From contig RHPI01001292.1 in assembly GCA_009103225.1 (NCBI GenBank), positions 417,633-465,710 of the forward strand: a DNA stretch of 48,078 bases. Reading direction: 5' to 3'. Of the stretch, positions 23,701-34,884 are shown one piece after another. The translations under genes were made by a program, and so were the position numbers. This stretch comes from Chlorokybus atmophyticus. Lineage: Eukaryota > Plantae > Mesostigma and Chlorokybus algae. The notes under the pieces were generated by a model, which did no database searches, was not told the origin of the DNA, and saw only the letters and a list, made by a program, of their open reading frames with translations. Numbering within the stretch: the stretch's first letter is position 1; each line of letters opens with the position of its first letter.

Positions 23701-26449
23701 AGGCCCATGCGCAGCATCTCGTCTTGCTGATCCTGCTTCCACGTCTGCCACACCACTAGTCCGGGCACCTTCGCGTCTGGTGCGAAGGACAGCGACGTCT
23801 GGGGGGTCTGGAAGGGCGTGCGATCATTCGGGCATCCATCGGGTTGCCCATTGCCATCCCTGTCCTCGTTGTACATGAACTGCACGAAAGAAAAGAGAGT
23901 ATGGGTGTGTGCATGCGTGCGTACGGAGAAGGTTGTGTATCACTGACCATTGCAATACGACAACAGCAATGCACACAGCCAACAACAGCCATGATGATGA
24001 TGACAGACAACACAACGTACGCTGTCGCAGTCAAAATTGCCGTAGCGAGCCTGACTGCGGAAGACGCCGTCGGCCTTAGAGCGGGTGATGCCGCCCATCT
24101 CGGTCTGGTCGCCGAAGCGGAAGTTGAGGGCGAGGTTGTCCTGGGGGTCGAGATCATATGCAGCGATCTGGAAGCGCGCGTAGTTGGGATACTCAATGTG
24201 CATCACGGGCAGCACGGGAATCTGCGACACGATCGGGGACCGATTGCCGTCTCCTGTGACCAGCACCTGCACTTCCAGCCTGAACCGCCCCTCCGCATTG
24301 TTATTTAGCAGGTAGTCCAGCTCCGTCGGACACACGCCCGGGTTGTTGTTCCACGCGACGCCGCACTCGTAGATGCGGTCTCCACCTGTGAAGTAGGCCG
24401 TGTACATCGGCGCGCCCGTCCCACCATAGTTTGTAGGGGGAGCCGTCTGAGGCCTGGAGGGCAATGTGTTGATGCTCATGCGACCTCACGCCAGCAACAA
24501 GCATGACGACACAACGATTGTGATGACATGTGCGCTTACGTGTAGGTCTTGGTCCACTTGGAGAAACCACGAACGTAGTTGCCAGTGATGAGGTTGCTCG
24601 TGGTGTCAACGGTGTCGAGCTGCATGATGACGTTGTCGGCCCCACCATCGCCATAGAAGAAACCGTACACCTGCACGCAGCGACTGTTGAGAGAAGGGGT
24701 ACTGTGTTGTGTGCATCAGCACTTGATGTCGAGTTGAGTGCGTACGTACCTGAGACCAGGGTGCGCAAAGGTTCTTGTTGGTGACATACGCGTTGTTGGC
24801 AGACCCGCAATCAGACGGCAGCTGGTTACCCGGTCCAGGATAATCGCAGTGGAAAGGTGTCGGGCACTCCGTCACGATGCTTTGATCCTGCACCACACCC
24901 ACAAGTCAGCACCCAACACATTTTCATATACAAGACTAGTGTCATCATCACGCACCGCGTACACAGAGTAGGGAAACTTGACGTAGAACCAGGTCTCCTG
25001 CGGCGTGAAGTTGGGGTTGATGTTCTGGCAGCCGGCGCCGTTGGAGGCAAACGTGGATCCGGGGGGGCAGGTGAAGCAGCCAGGTTGGCCAGGGACACAG
25101 TTGCTAGGCGTGCGCCAGAAGTTTTCTGTGCCATGCCATGACAGCTGGTCGTCAGGGTCCGGGTACGTGGCGCTGTTGGTAATCTGCCACTGCTCCCTGA
25201 ACCATTTGCCCCACTCATAATTACGACGGAACGCCGCACGGAATGTGAACTCCACGTCGAACGACTGGTCGGGGTTCACCCCGCCCACCGGCGTCCAGCT
25301 GATTGTTCCATAGCGAAAATGTGAACCTGCTCACCACACAAAGGGCACAAGGGTTACACCTCACTCTCAACCCATCAGCAAGCATTCCCATCAAACAGCG
25401 CACAAGAGTGGTTGCTTGTGCAGAACCTCCTGAAACCCAACTCACAAGTGCACAGACCACACATGCACAATGCAACACCAACCACACTCCTTGCCCCCCA
25501 CCCCCGGCCTACTCACACACTCATGCAAGGATGGCCTTAGGGTAACAGAAAGTTGGCTTGCCACTGCTAGTACTCAGTTGAGCATTGGGATTTGCTGACG
25601 GTCACTCACCATGCAACTGCAATGGTGTGCGTTGTGTGCAGCTATGTGATGCTTAGTGGGTGGGTGNNNNNNNNNNNNNNNNNNNNNNNNNNNNNNNNNN
25701 NNNNNNNNNNNNNNNNNNNNNNNNNNNNNNNNNNNNNNNNNNNNNNNNNNNNNNNNNNNNNNNNNNNNNNNNNNNNNNNNNNNNNNNNNNNNNNNNNNNN
25801 NNNNNNNNNNNNNNNNNNNNNNNNNNNNNNNNNNNNNNNNNNNNNNNNNNNNNNNNNNNNNNNNNNNNNNNNNNNNNNNNNNNNNNNNNNNNNNNNNNNN
25901 NNNNNNNNNNNNNNNNNNNNNNNNNNNNNNNNNNNNNNNNNNNNNNNNNNNNNNNNNNNNNNNNNNNNNNNNNNNNNNNNNNNNNNNNNNNNNNNNNNNN
26001 NNNNNNNNNNNNNNNNNNNNNNNNNNNNNNNNNNNNNNNNNNNNNNNNNNNNNNNNNNNNNNNNNNNNNNNNNNNNNNNNNNNNNNNNNNNNNNNNNNNN
26101 NNNNNNNNNNNNNNNNNNNNNNNNNNNNNNNNNNNNNNNNNNNNNNNNNNNNNNNNNNNNNNNNNNNNNNNNNNNNNNNNNNNNNNNNNNNNNNNNNNNN
26201 NNNNNNNNNNNNNNNNNNNNNNNNNNNNNNNNNNNNNNNNNNNNNNNNNNNNNNNNNNNNNNNNNNNNNNNNNNNNNNNNNNNNNNNNGGGGGCGGGGGG
26301 GGGCTTCAAACGGGGTGAGTTGTGAGAATTCAGGTGTGAAATACACGCAAGTACGCACCTGCTGTGAGCTGCAGGAGGCCTAGGAGAAGCAGCCCCAGCA
26401 GCGGCCAAAGGCGGGGCGCCATTGGCGGGCCGCACCGCAGCAGCCTCAT
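11762..26449 (-). CDS. Giant secreted multidomain protein (signal peptide, LamG/ConA-like x6 or more, IPT/TIG x3, filamin-type Ig, Kelch, DUF2341-like, Ser-Pro rich), about 3,500-4,000 aa, >20 exons
   Basis: Exon 1 (26449-26359) encodes MRLLRCGPPMAPRLWPLLGLLLLGLLQLTA and splices in phase to 25326 (GSHFRYGTISWTP). Long minus-strand ORFs with GT..AG junctions follow down to the stop at 11762. LamG motifs: FTVEAWIYP, WQHIAASY, EWTHVAAVY, FTGYIDEVKLW, MDELRIYSRAL. IPT motifs: VSVIGFNFAPS, VELMGTNFAPS. Filamin: TFTVQARDAAG...GGD...VEDMQNGQYLVTYTP. DUF2341-like: DVAF...LAYYVDPW...YWVAIP...MYYGNP. Kelch: PRYSHTAVV..MYVYGG. Length is estimated; gap 22150-22449 lies inside a Pro-rich exon. Confidence 0.88.
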
Positions 26450-27890
26450 GAGGGCGATGGGGAACTAGACCGTCAGGCGATCCAGGCGGGTGACAGGGCG
26501 GTCACCGCCGATCCATCTGCCCCTGCGGCGGCAGGAGGCAGCCCGCACACCAGCGGCGATCCCCCTGCTGAGGGGGTGGGGGGCCGCCTGCTTCTCGCAG
26601 AGCCTCTTCTGTGCTTCCCCCTTTCCTGGAGAAGAGCAGCGCCTGCCCCTCTGCCCTACCCTCTCCTCGCACTGCGGCCGCCGCCGCCGTCGCCCCCCGA
26701 CGATCCGCCTAATGCCCACAAGCAGCAGGGCAAGCCTCTGCCTGGCCCCCTCTAATAACTAACTTGCCACCTTCGCAACTAACTGCCCGCACCTGTTTTT
26801 CTCTGCTCGGTTAGGTCATCCAGCTTACAGCCGCTTGAGTCGCGGCGGGTGACTGAGATAAGCTTCCTGGTTAAGACTCGCCCCTACACTAACCGCAGTT
26901 TGGTGCTGATATCAGAATCTGGCAGGCGATACTGGTAATGCCTGGTGGACATCCGTCCCCAGCTAGCTACAACTAACGGCCGATCGGTTGGCATGGTTCA
27001 TGAATTGTGGGTTATGCAATGCTGCTGCGTGAGGATTGGGAGGCTTCGTGCTTTGTGAGAATTGTCTCATGAGGGCGCAACGACCGTGGCGGCTTATGCC
27101 GCAAGTTATGCGGCGAAAGCTGGTCAACGTGACTGGGGGAAAGCAAAAAGTTAAAGAATTCTTCAACGTGTCACGTGACCTTGGCCACATGGGCCAACGA
27201 TAGTTCAAGATGTGCAGCGATTGTGCGCAATGGCATTACTGATCAGCAGCACTGCTTGCACTCATGTGAACAGTTGCACTCTTAACAACTATTTGGAGCA
27301 ATCACGAACGATAGATCCTACCAAACACACATGCTTCATGGTGGGTATGGTGTGTTTTGCAGACAAAACGAGTATTGTAGCAAACGAGCACATGTAAGTT
27401 GTTAAGATCACTTGCGTACTTCAGGGTTATGTTTTAGTATTTGCATATGTCATTTAGATTTACGGTTTTGATGATTTATATATGAGTTGTGATACACATC
27501 ACAAAGTTGTAAACGCGTTGTACATAATACTTGCTGTATTACATATGCACGCTTGTTTCGCTTAATCATAGCATGTTTACCAAATTCAGCATGTTATATA
27601 CTTTTGCTGTATAAGTAAGTTGTAATGACAGCAACGCTATGCATACATTGAGCGACCTAATAATCGATGCACTTAACATCAAACTGTGAATTTAAATTCC
27701 CTATAAAATTTAATCTTTACCAATTATTTATTAAAAGCTATGGATACATGTGTGATGTAATAACTGAGATTGATATATTATCGCACGTGTCAGTATGCGA
27801 GAAGCATAGGTGTTGCTTGCCTTTGCAATTATGGCAGAATATACATGAAACTCATGTGAACAACGCATGCTCATATTTTTGAAATATTCA

Positions 27891-28358
27891 CTATTTAGGT
27901 AACCACTTAAATCGTATTGCATTTTTCAACATCATAATACAATGATTGCATGTGTACCGTGTTAAGGTACTTGAAGTTTGCGTATAATGCCTCAACATGT
28001 TAAAATTAAAATATATATTTAAAATTCGAAATACATCAAAAGTTGACAACTCATCACATTTACATTTACATTTACAGCAAATGTTCATTTCTTCTAATGA
28101 CATCAGCAAGTCGACATAAACTTTTGCTACAACTCCATAATCTTCCATCGCGTTGCAACTTTATAAGACTTTAGATGGTGGCGCGTGCATAAAGGGCAAC
28201 AGCACTTGCCAATGCGCATTCCATGATTTTAAGAGTTGTGCAGCATCATCTCTCTCACTTTGCACTTCGCAAAGGGTGCGCAAATTATCATGATAACAGC
28301 GTCGAGTATTGCGGTTGCTGACAATCACAGCATCTTTTGTTGCGTTGAAGTTATTAAA
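27891..28358 (-). pseudogene. Decayed reading frame of unknown origin in an AT-rich island
   Basis: 65 open codons (28358-28164), one TAA at 28163-28161, then in-frame continuation into ORF 27891..28148. No family recognised. Confidence 0.35.
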
Positions 28359-30856
28359 CTATGGATGTCATTTGCTGGATGGGCGACAACTCCGCGCATG
28401 TAACATACATGTGGTGAGGCTGCATAACTGCTATGTTCTTTTGCCTATAGTAGCGATTTTTGCTACCATGGCCTAGTGATTAAGGCGGCCAGTGTTATAG
28501 CGCAATAGAATTGCAACTTCTCGCTGTTACGAGCATGTATGTAATTAGCATGTTGGGTTATGTGTACTTATTGTGTCATCAGCCGCAATTATATTAATGA
28601 ATAATACTCATCGCTTTGCCATCAATAATCACACAGTTGCGACTTGCAACAGCTTTTAGTACCTTTTGTATCTTTTTGTACCATGAAAGCTACGCAAAGA
28701 AGGCGTGTGTCATTATGATCATATTTTCAGATTGCTGTTGATGCTGATTGTGAGTGCAGTGGTAAACGTGCTAACCTTAATAATAATAACAATACGCATT
28801 ATTGCGTACAAGTGAAAAATGCTGACGCGTTACACATGGGTACGTATGCATGCATACCATACAAGGAGCACATAAGAGTTAATAGAGTGCAATAGCCATA
28901 ACGCAAGTGTTATAGGCGTTAATGACACCGGTACTATATCAAATACGCATCACATGCACATGCACCGGTGCTTATTATATGCATCTGTGGATGTACTTAA
29001 TTTGTATCAAACATGCTACATGTATAGCAAGTTTGGCGGTATTTGTGCTCGACATGCGCTGGCTATGTTTTAATCTTGTGCTAATGACACACTTTTGCAG
29101 TGGAGATGTGCTTAAAGCTGAGTAAAAGTGGAACGGTGACTACATGTACCAAGCGGTTCATTTGTTGATGAAGTATTGGTACTTATTTTGATACATAATA
29201 TCACTTGGGCATGACTAATGTGTGTAACATGGCCTGCATGAGGTTGTAATATATTAGAATGTAATACATCTGAATAAAAATGTACTTAAGTCCATGTTAA
29301 TGGGACTACATGTGCTTGAAGTAAGTACACCCGTGCTCAATGTCCATGTGCACATGAATGCAAAGAACTTGGCTCAACGCATTGATCTAAGAAATTAGGG
29401 ATATTGGCATGCTTGTCTTACTTCACAATTGAACCCATGCAACGTAAACGGCATCTTGTATGTTTGCAATTAAGTTGTTGCGCGCAATCGATTATCGGAT
29501 AGGCCAAATATGTGCAAATGTGAAGAATGAAGAATGCACAGGTCCATTGCCATTATTGCATCATCATGCATGCACACAAGAGCATTAGCTGTTGCTAAAG
29601 GAAGGTCACGTACACTGTGTATCAAATAAAGTAGATGCTGAGGACAATATTGCAACATACCAATCATAACCGATTGTTTTATTTATTATTATTTATAGCC
29701 TCCCGCGTGTGAGTGTGTTGGAATGATTTCTATTATCCCCTGCGTTGTCATAGCCTTCTCTCTCTACCTGAAGTGCTTTTATACGTGCGTTGCATGGTTG
29801 ATGTGCATGTTAGTCAGTTCGCGGTATATGCATATAGTGCTTGGAATGCTGGCTTATGCAAAACAATTATAACCAACATGCACACCGCGTGCGCTGTGCC
29901 CTTCATTTAATATGGGAGAACATTAATTGCTGCGGGATGCGACAAATGCGCTATTGTTTGCCAAGCGCATGTCAAATAACTTGATGGTTGCTGAGCATTG
30001 TATAAGACGTCAAGAGACACAACATGGTGTGCTGTAGTGATTGAGAGTGCGTGACAATAAACGAGTTTCATTAGCTCAGCACAATGAGTTGCTAAATGTG
30101 TCGATTGGATGCTACTTCCCATGGGCACATCGTGCCCACAAGGTATATATATATAGCATCTGATCATGAACTTTGCTAAAAAAGCAATACATGCACTGCA
30201 ACAATGGTATTTGGCAATCGTCGTACAATAACTGCATGTGCAACACTATAATGAGACACAAATAACGGTGTGTTTCATCTCTTCGTATTTTCCAATGTTA
30301 ATAGATGGGGCGTGTGTGCATATGTGAGAACTTTGTGCACATGTACATGTTTCAACCATTCTTCACACCATGTTTGTCTTTAAAAATAGGTTCTTGTCTT
30401 AATATAGCTAACAGGTCTTACTTGAAAGCATGTGCAACATTCACATCCAGTAGCATAATCGCGTATGCATTAAGAAAAAAAGTAAACAATACTGGCAACG
30501 ACTCAGTTTGAACGCGATTATGATGTTACCAAAAGGTGACTTTTGGGAGATAAATCTTTGCTTACCATTCAACAGCATGCTTCATTGCATAAATGAAAAC
30601 GTTGCAACTTCCATGATTGTGTTAACGTGAAGTTTATGGCTGAAAGTTGTATTGTTGTTTATGTTAATAGGCGTGGAAGCGTGGAGCGGGGCGCGNNNNN
30701 NNNNNNNNNNNNNNNNNNNNNNNNNNNNNNNNNNNNNNNNNNNNNNNNNNNNNNNNNNNNNNNNNNNNNNNNNNNNNNNNNNNNNNNNNNNNNNNNNNNN
30801 NNNNNNNNNNNNNNNNNNNNNNNNNNNNNNNNNNNNNNNNNNNNNNNNNNNNNNNN

Positions 30857-30904
<48 letters not shown>

Positions 30905-31588
30905 TGCTAGGGGACGGGCTGAGTCATGCATCGAGGTTAGGCTGGGGCTTGATTGCAACCAGCAACGGGGAGTATGTTGGTGTGGTAAATACTTTTCTTC
31001 TAAGGCGTATATTATAATTTATCAACACGAGAGTGTAATTAAAGGTAGCGCAACTCAATAGCATAATTGGCCCGCCTCCCCTCACCCACCCTCCACCCCC
31101 ACCCCCACCCCCAATGTGCACCCATAGAATGAAGTACATCATGAAATCCCACATTAACCACAATAACATTGGCATACTAGTTTTGCATGCTTCCTTTCGT
31201 TGTGCTTTGTACAGCTCGCAGTGTCACGGAGAAGTGCATGCACATGGCTTGACGTTTAAGGACCATGTATGGTCCTTTCACGGACCCCGCGGACCATACC
31301 TGGTCTGTACCTAGCAAATTCAAATGTCAATACATGTTTACTTGTGTGCATTGGCAAAAAACTGGTACTTTGACTGCCACTTTGCTTTGCTGCCATTTCC
31401 GTATGCTTCCGGTGGTTGGGCTTTGTACAGCTCGCAGTGTTACAGCAGTAGTGCATATGTGTGCGTTAACACCATTGCAAAAGATCGTGACAAGCGCAGC
31501 GACAGCAGCAGGCACACGCATAGTCACATGCACACATGCACATGCGCAAAGACCAAGAGGTTTTTATAACAATCCTCCGGGTCCTAAC

Positions 31589-32095
31589 TGTCACGAATTG
31601 GGATAGATTGTGGCAGACCTCACTCATGGTAGTGTTTTTAACTACCATAGCCTAGTGGTCGGGCCCCACTTGTTATAATGGTAACGGAGCTTGACGTCTC
31701 AGGTTCAATTCCCGCAGGGGACTGCCGCAGATCCAAGGCAAAAACAAAACATTTGACGCGGCTTGCTCTAGGCTGGGTACGGGATCACGACCTGCGCGCC
31801 GAGCCAGTTCAACCTAAGGCCGCATGAGCGGTTGCGCTGCGATGTCAGGTCGCGCGGTGAGGATGGCCATCCGGTTGGTCATGACCGTTCGTGGGTCGAA
31901 TCCTACAGGCCGCGGGCAGACCGATCGTGGTATGGTCGCGAATACGGCGACGTGGGCTAGTGCCTCATTGGATTATAAGGAACTCATAAGTTAAATTGGG
32001 GAGGAATGCCACGAATTGGGATAAATTGTGACAGACCTCACTCATGGTAGTGTCTTTTACTACCATAGCCTAGTGGTCGGGCCCCAATTGTTACA
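31589..32095 (+). mobile_element. TRIM-like non-autonomous LTR element (507 bp)
   Basis: Two 89-bp direct repeats (31589-31677, 32007-32095; 7 mismatches by eye) with TG...TA/CA ends. PBS-like TGGTAACGGAGC at 31679-31690, PPT GGGGAGGAA at 31998-32006, 5-bp flanks CTAAC/CCAAC (TSD, 4 of 5 match). No ORF. Confidence 0.88.
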
Positions 32096-32735
32096 CCAAC
32101 GCGACCCAGGGCAAGACGCCAGGCCTGGTCTTCAAGCTCGTGAACAACACCAACTTCAAGGCGCTATACTCGATGCTGAGCGACATTCGCTAATACAACC
32201 ATGAGCTCCTCAAGGCGCTGAACTACCGCTACCGTGGCGAGAGTGACTCTCAGGGCATCATGCACTGCGTCGTGAAGCCGCGCAACGTGATGATCAACGA
32301 CGAGCAGCGCAAGCTTCGTCTCATTGACTGGGGCCTGGCGGAGTTTCGCCACTCGGGCAGGATGTACAATGTGCGTGTGACCTCGCGCTACGTCAAGGGA
32401 CCCGAGCTCCTCGTGGACCTGCAAGACTACGACTACTCCCTCGATCTCAGGTCAAGGCAAGGAGCCATTCTTCTATGGGCATGACAACTATGACAAGCTT
32501 GTCAGGGTCGCCAAGTACCTCCGCACCGATGACCTTTACGCCTACCTCGCCAAATACGCATCAAGCTTGATCCCAACCTCGAGGCCCTTGTCGGACGACA
32601 CTCCAAAAAGTCGTGGACAAAGTTCGCCGACGCGGAGAGTTAGCACCTTGTGATACTTGATGCATTGGACTTCCTCGACAAGCTGCTTCAATTCGATCAC
32701 CACCACAAACAGCTCATGTCCAAGAAGGGCTCAGG
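32096..32735 (+). pseudogene. CKA: Casein kinase 2 alpha catalytic subunit pseudogene fragment (intronless)
   Basis: Encodes [49 protein letters not shown] and ALDFLDKLL.FDH, which are diagnostic of CK2 alpha. HRD is mutated to HCV; there are in-frame stops, frameshifts and a deletion of the WSLGCM segment. Confidence 0.9.
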
Positions 32736-34884
32736 TGCGTGTATCCACTCAATCGCTGGCAGTGCTGGGATAACGTTCACACTTGCACATTAACTACTCC
32801 ACTTGTAGGAGCATCCTTGGGTTGCACCTTTCCGCGCAGCTGAGTGATGGCGACATAATCTTGATCCGTCTGTACAAACATGTAAGGGATAGGTTGTCGT
32901 CACTGCTGCCCCCCCCCTCTCTCTCTCTCCCCCTCTCTCTCTCTCCCCCTCTCTCTCTCTCACACACAGTGTGCAGAATCAGCAAACAGCTTGGGTTAGG
33001 GGCTTGAGAGGACGCACTTGACAAGCCAGAGGTGGCTGGATGTCAGCGGGGTGATGATTCCAAGACATGGAGCAAGACTGGCATCATGCTAGCAGACCCC
33101 CCACATCCGCAACAACATCGCCAACCACTGCCTGATCTCTTGTTTTACTATAGAGCCAGGCAGCAGCCAAGTAATGGCAACGCTAGCCAAGTGCACCATC
33201 CTCCGAGTCTACACTGTGTGTTGTACAGCATTACAGTACAACAAGTGTGTATGCTTGTTATGTGTAGTGCCACCCTTTGCTTCTGGTCGTTTTGTGTGAA
33301 AACATCATATTATTATCAAGTTACAACACGTCCCGCACTCTGAACGTGGCACCCTCATCTGTGTTATCGCAACAACAGCACGAAATGCGCGATATTGGAT
33401 GTGGGGCGCAATGTTGTCGCAGGATGTTCGCATTGGCAGGAGGCTGCGGCTTACGGCATGGCGCGTATGCGGTTGCTGTATGCAGTAAGCCCAACGCTCG
33501 AGCTCCCTATGAGGGTATAACCACGATTCAACTCATACAATATATATACAAGTGGCTGGCTGAACTCAATGTAGGCCAAACAAGCCAGTATTCGGTAGGC
33601 CCGCAGCCCTCGTCAATGCTGAACTGCCACACATTTATCAAGTCTTGGTAGGCATGGAGGCGATTGAGGAGTGGGTACCTGCACACGTGTATCGGGAGGT
33701 CAGATGGGTGGTAGCCCACACTTGCGCACATATGCAAGCTTACACACAGTATGCAGGCATGCACGCACACAGACTTCTTATGCTTGTTACTTGCCCTGAG
33801 GGTTGTTTATGTCAACCGCTGTCGTCCGCAGTGTCAAGTTCAAGGCTGCCGGCGTCAATGTGGGCCTCTTCTGCACCAGGAGTGCCGCCACTGCTGCAGC
33901 TTGTGAAGCTGCGGCTGACGTCCCATGTCCCACACCACGAGTGCAGTTGGACCACTGCATCTGGACACAGCCGTTGGGTATAAGCGTCCTGCATATTCAC
34001 GTCATGTCAATGCAGCTCTGTCATCTACTACTGGATTTGTGCGACGTGTGAGCAGCCATCATACCTGGTGCCATAGTGTCGAGCTTGCTTATGAGGGGCC
34101 AGGGGTGGTAGCGTCTCCCCGCCAGATCACAGAGCAACAGACTGCCACCAAGCTGAAGGTCTCAATGCGGAATGCGACGCTTGCTGAAAGGTGGGGTCTG
34201 CCTGTAGCTGCACAAGCCACGATAAGCAACATGCGTTGTTGGTACGCATGTCGAGAGTGAGCGTCGATCAATTGTTCGATGGTGTGACGACATCTCAACT
34301 CAGCCATCTCACTGCGCAGTGTCACGCCCACCAACGCTTCAAGTGTGGAACCTCCGGTGGCTTGTGACATCAAAAGACATGTGCTCAACAAACAAGGATG
34401 CGCAACACAATGCCGAATAGTAACTCGTCTTACTTACTCACCCACTTGGCGGGCTTCGTTGCCCGCAGCCGTCTCATAAAGCACCTCCCGGTTGAGGTAC
34501 ACCTCGTCGATGGCTTGGCCAATGACGCGCTGCATCGAAACATCGGCTCTGCAAGGCAGTGAGATTCGCGGCATGTAAAGTGAGGTGAGTGATTGGTTGT
34601 AAAACACGACAAACAACAAGCAGACTGCAAAGTGTACATGTATGCATAGGGTTATGTCGATTATGATTATGTTACAGTTGGTGTTGGCGTATGCTTGAAT
34701 ACCCTTGGTACACGCCGCCTCCGGTGGCAGTGTGAAAAGACAGGAGTGAGCTCGGTGCAACGCCGTGAACCTGTACATACGTGCACACGGTTGACTTGCG
34801 CGTGCCCATATGCTGGCTCGCGTGCGTGGGCTTGTGCATGTGCACATGCGTGCACTCGTGTGCATGCGAGCTGCTAGGGGCACG

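Noticed and set aside
25592-26435. Long ORFs spanning N runs (also 2535-3326, 21950-22547, 30627-31061)
   Set aside because: Artefacts of translating through assembly gaps.
30857-30903. Poly-G run as a G-quadruplex element
   Set aside because: Abuts an N gap; long poly-G at contig ends is a common sequencing artefact, so its length is unreliable.
31844-31906. Functional tRNA-Leu gene
   Set aside because: Too short, lacks an anticodon arm and closed acceptor stem; kept only as a tRNA-like motif within the TRIM.
31589-32095. CRISPR-like repeat-spacer array
   Set aside because: Only two 89-bp repeats with LTR hallmarks in a eukaryotic genome; no cas genes.
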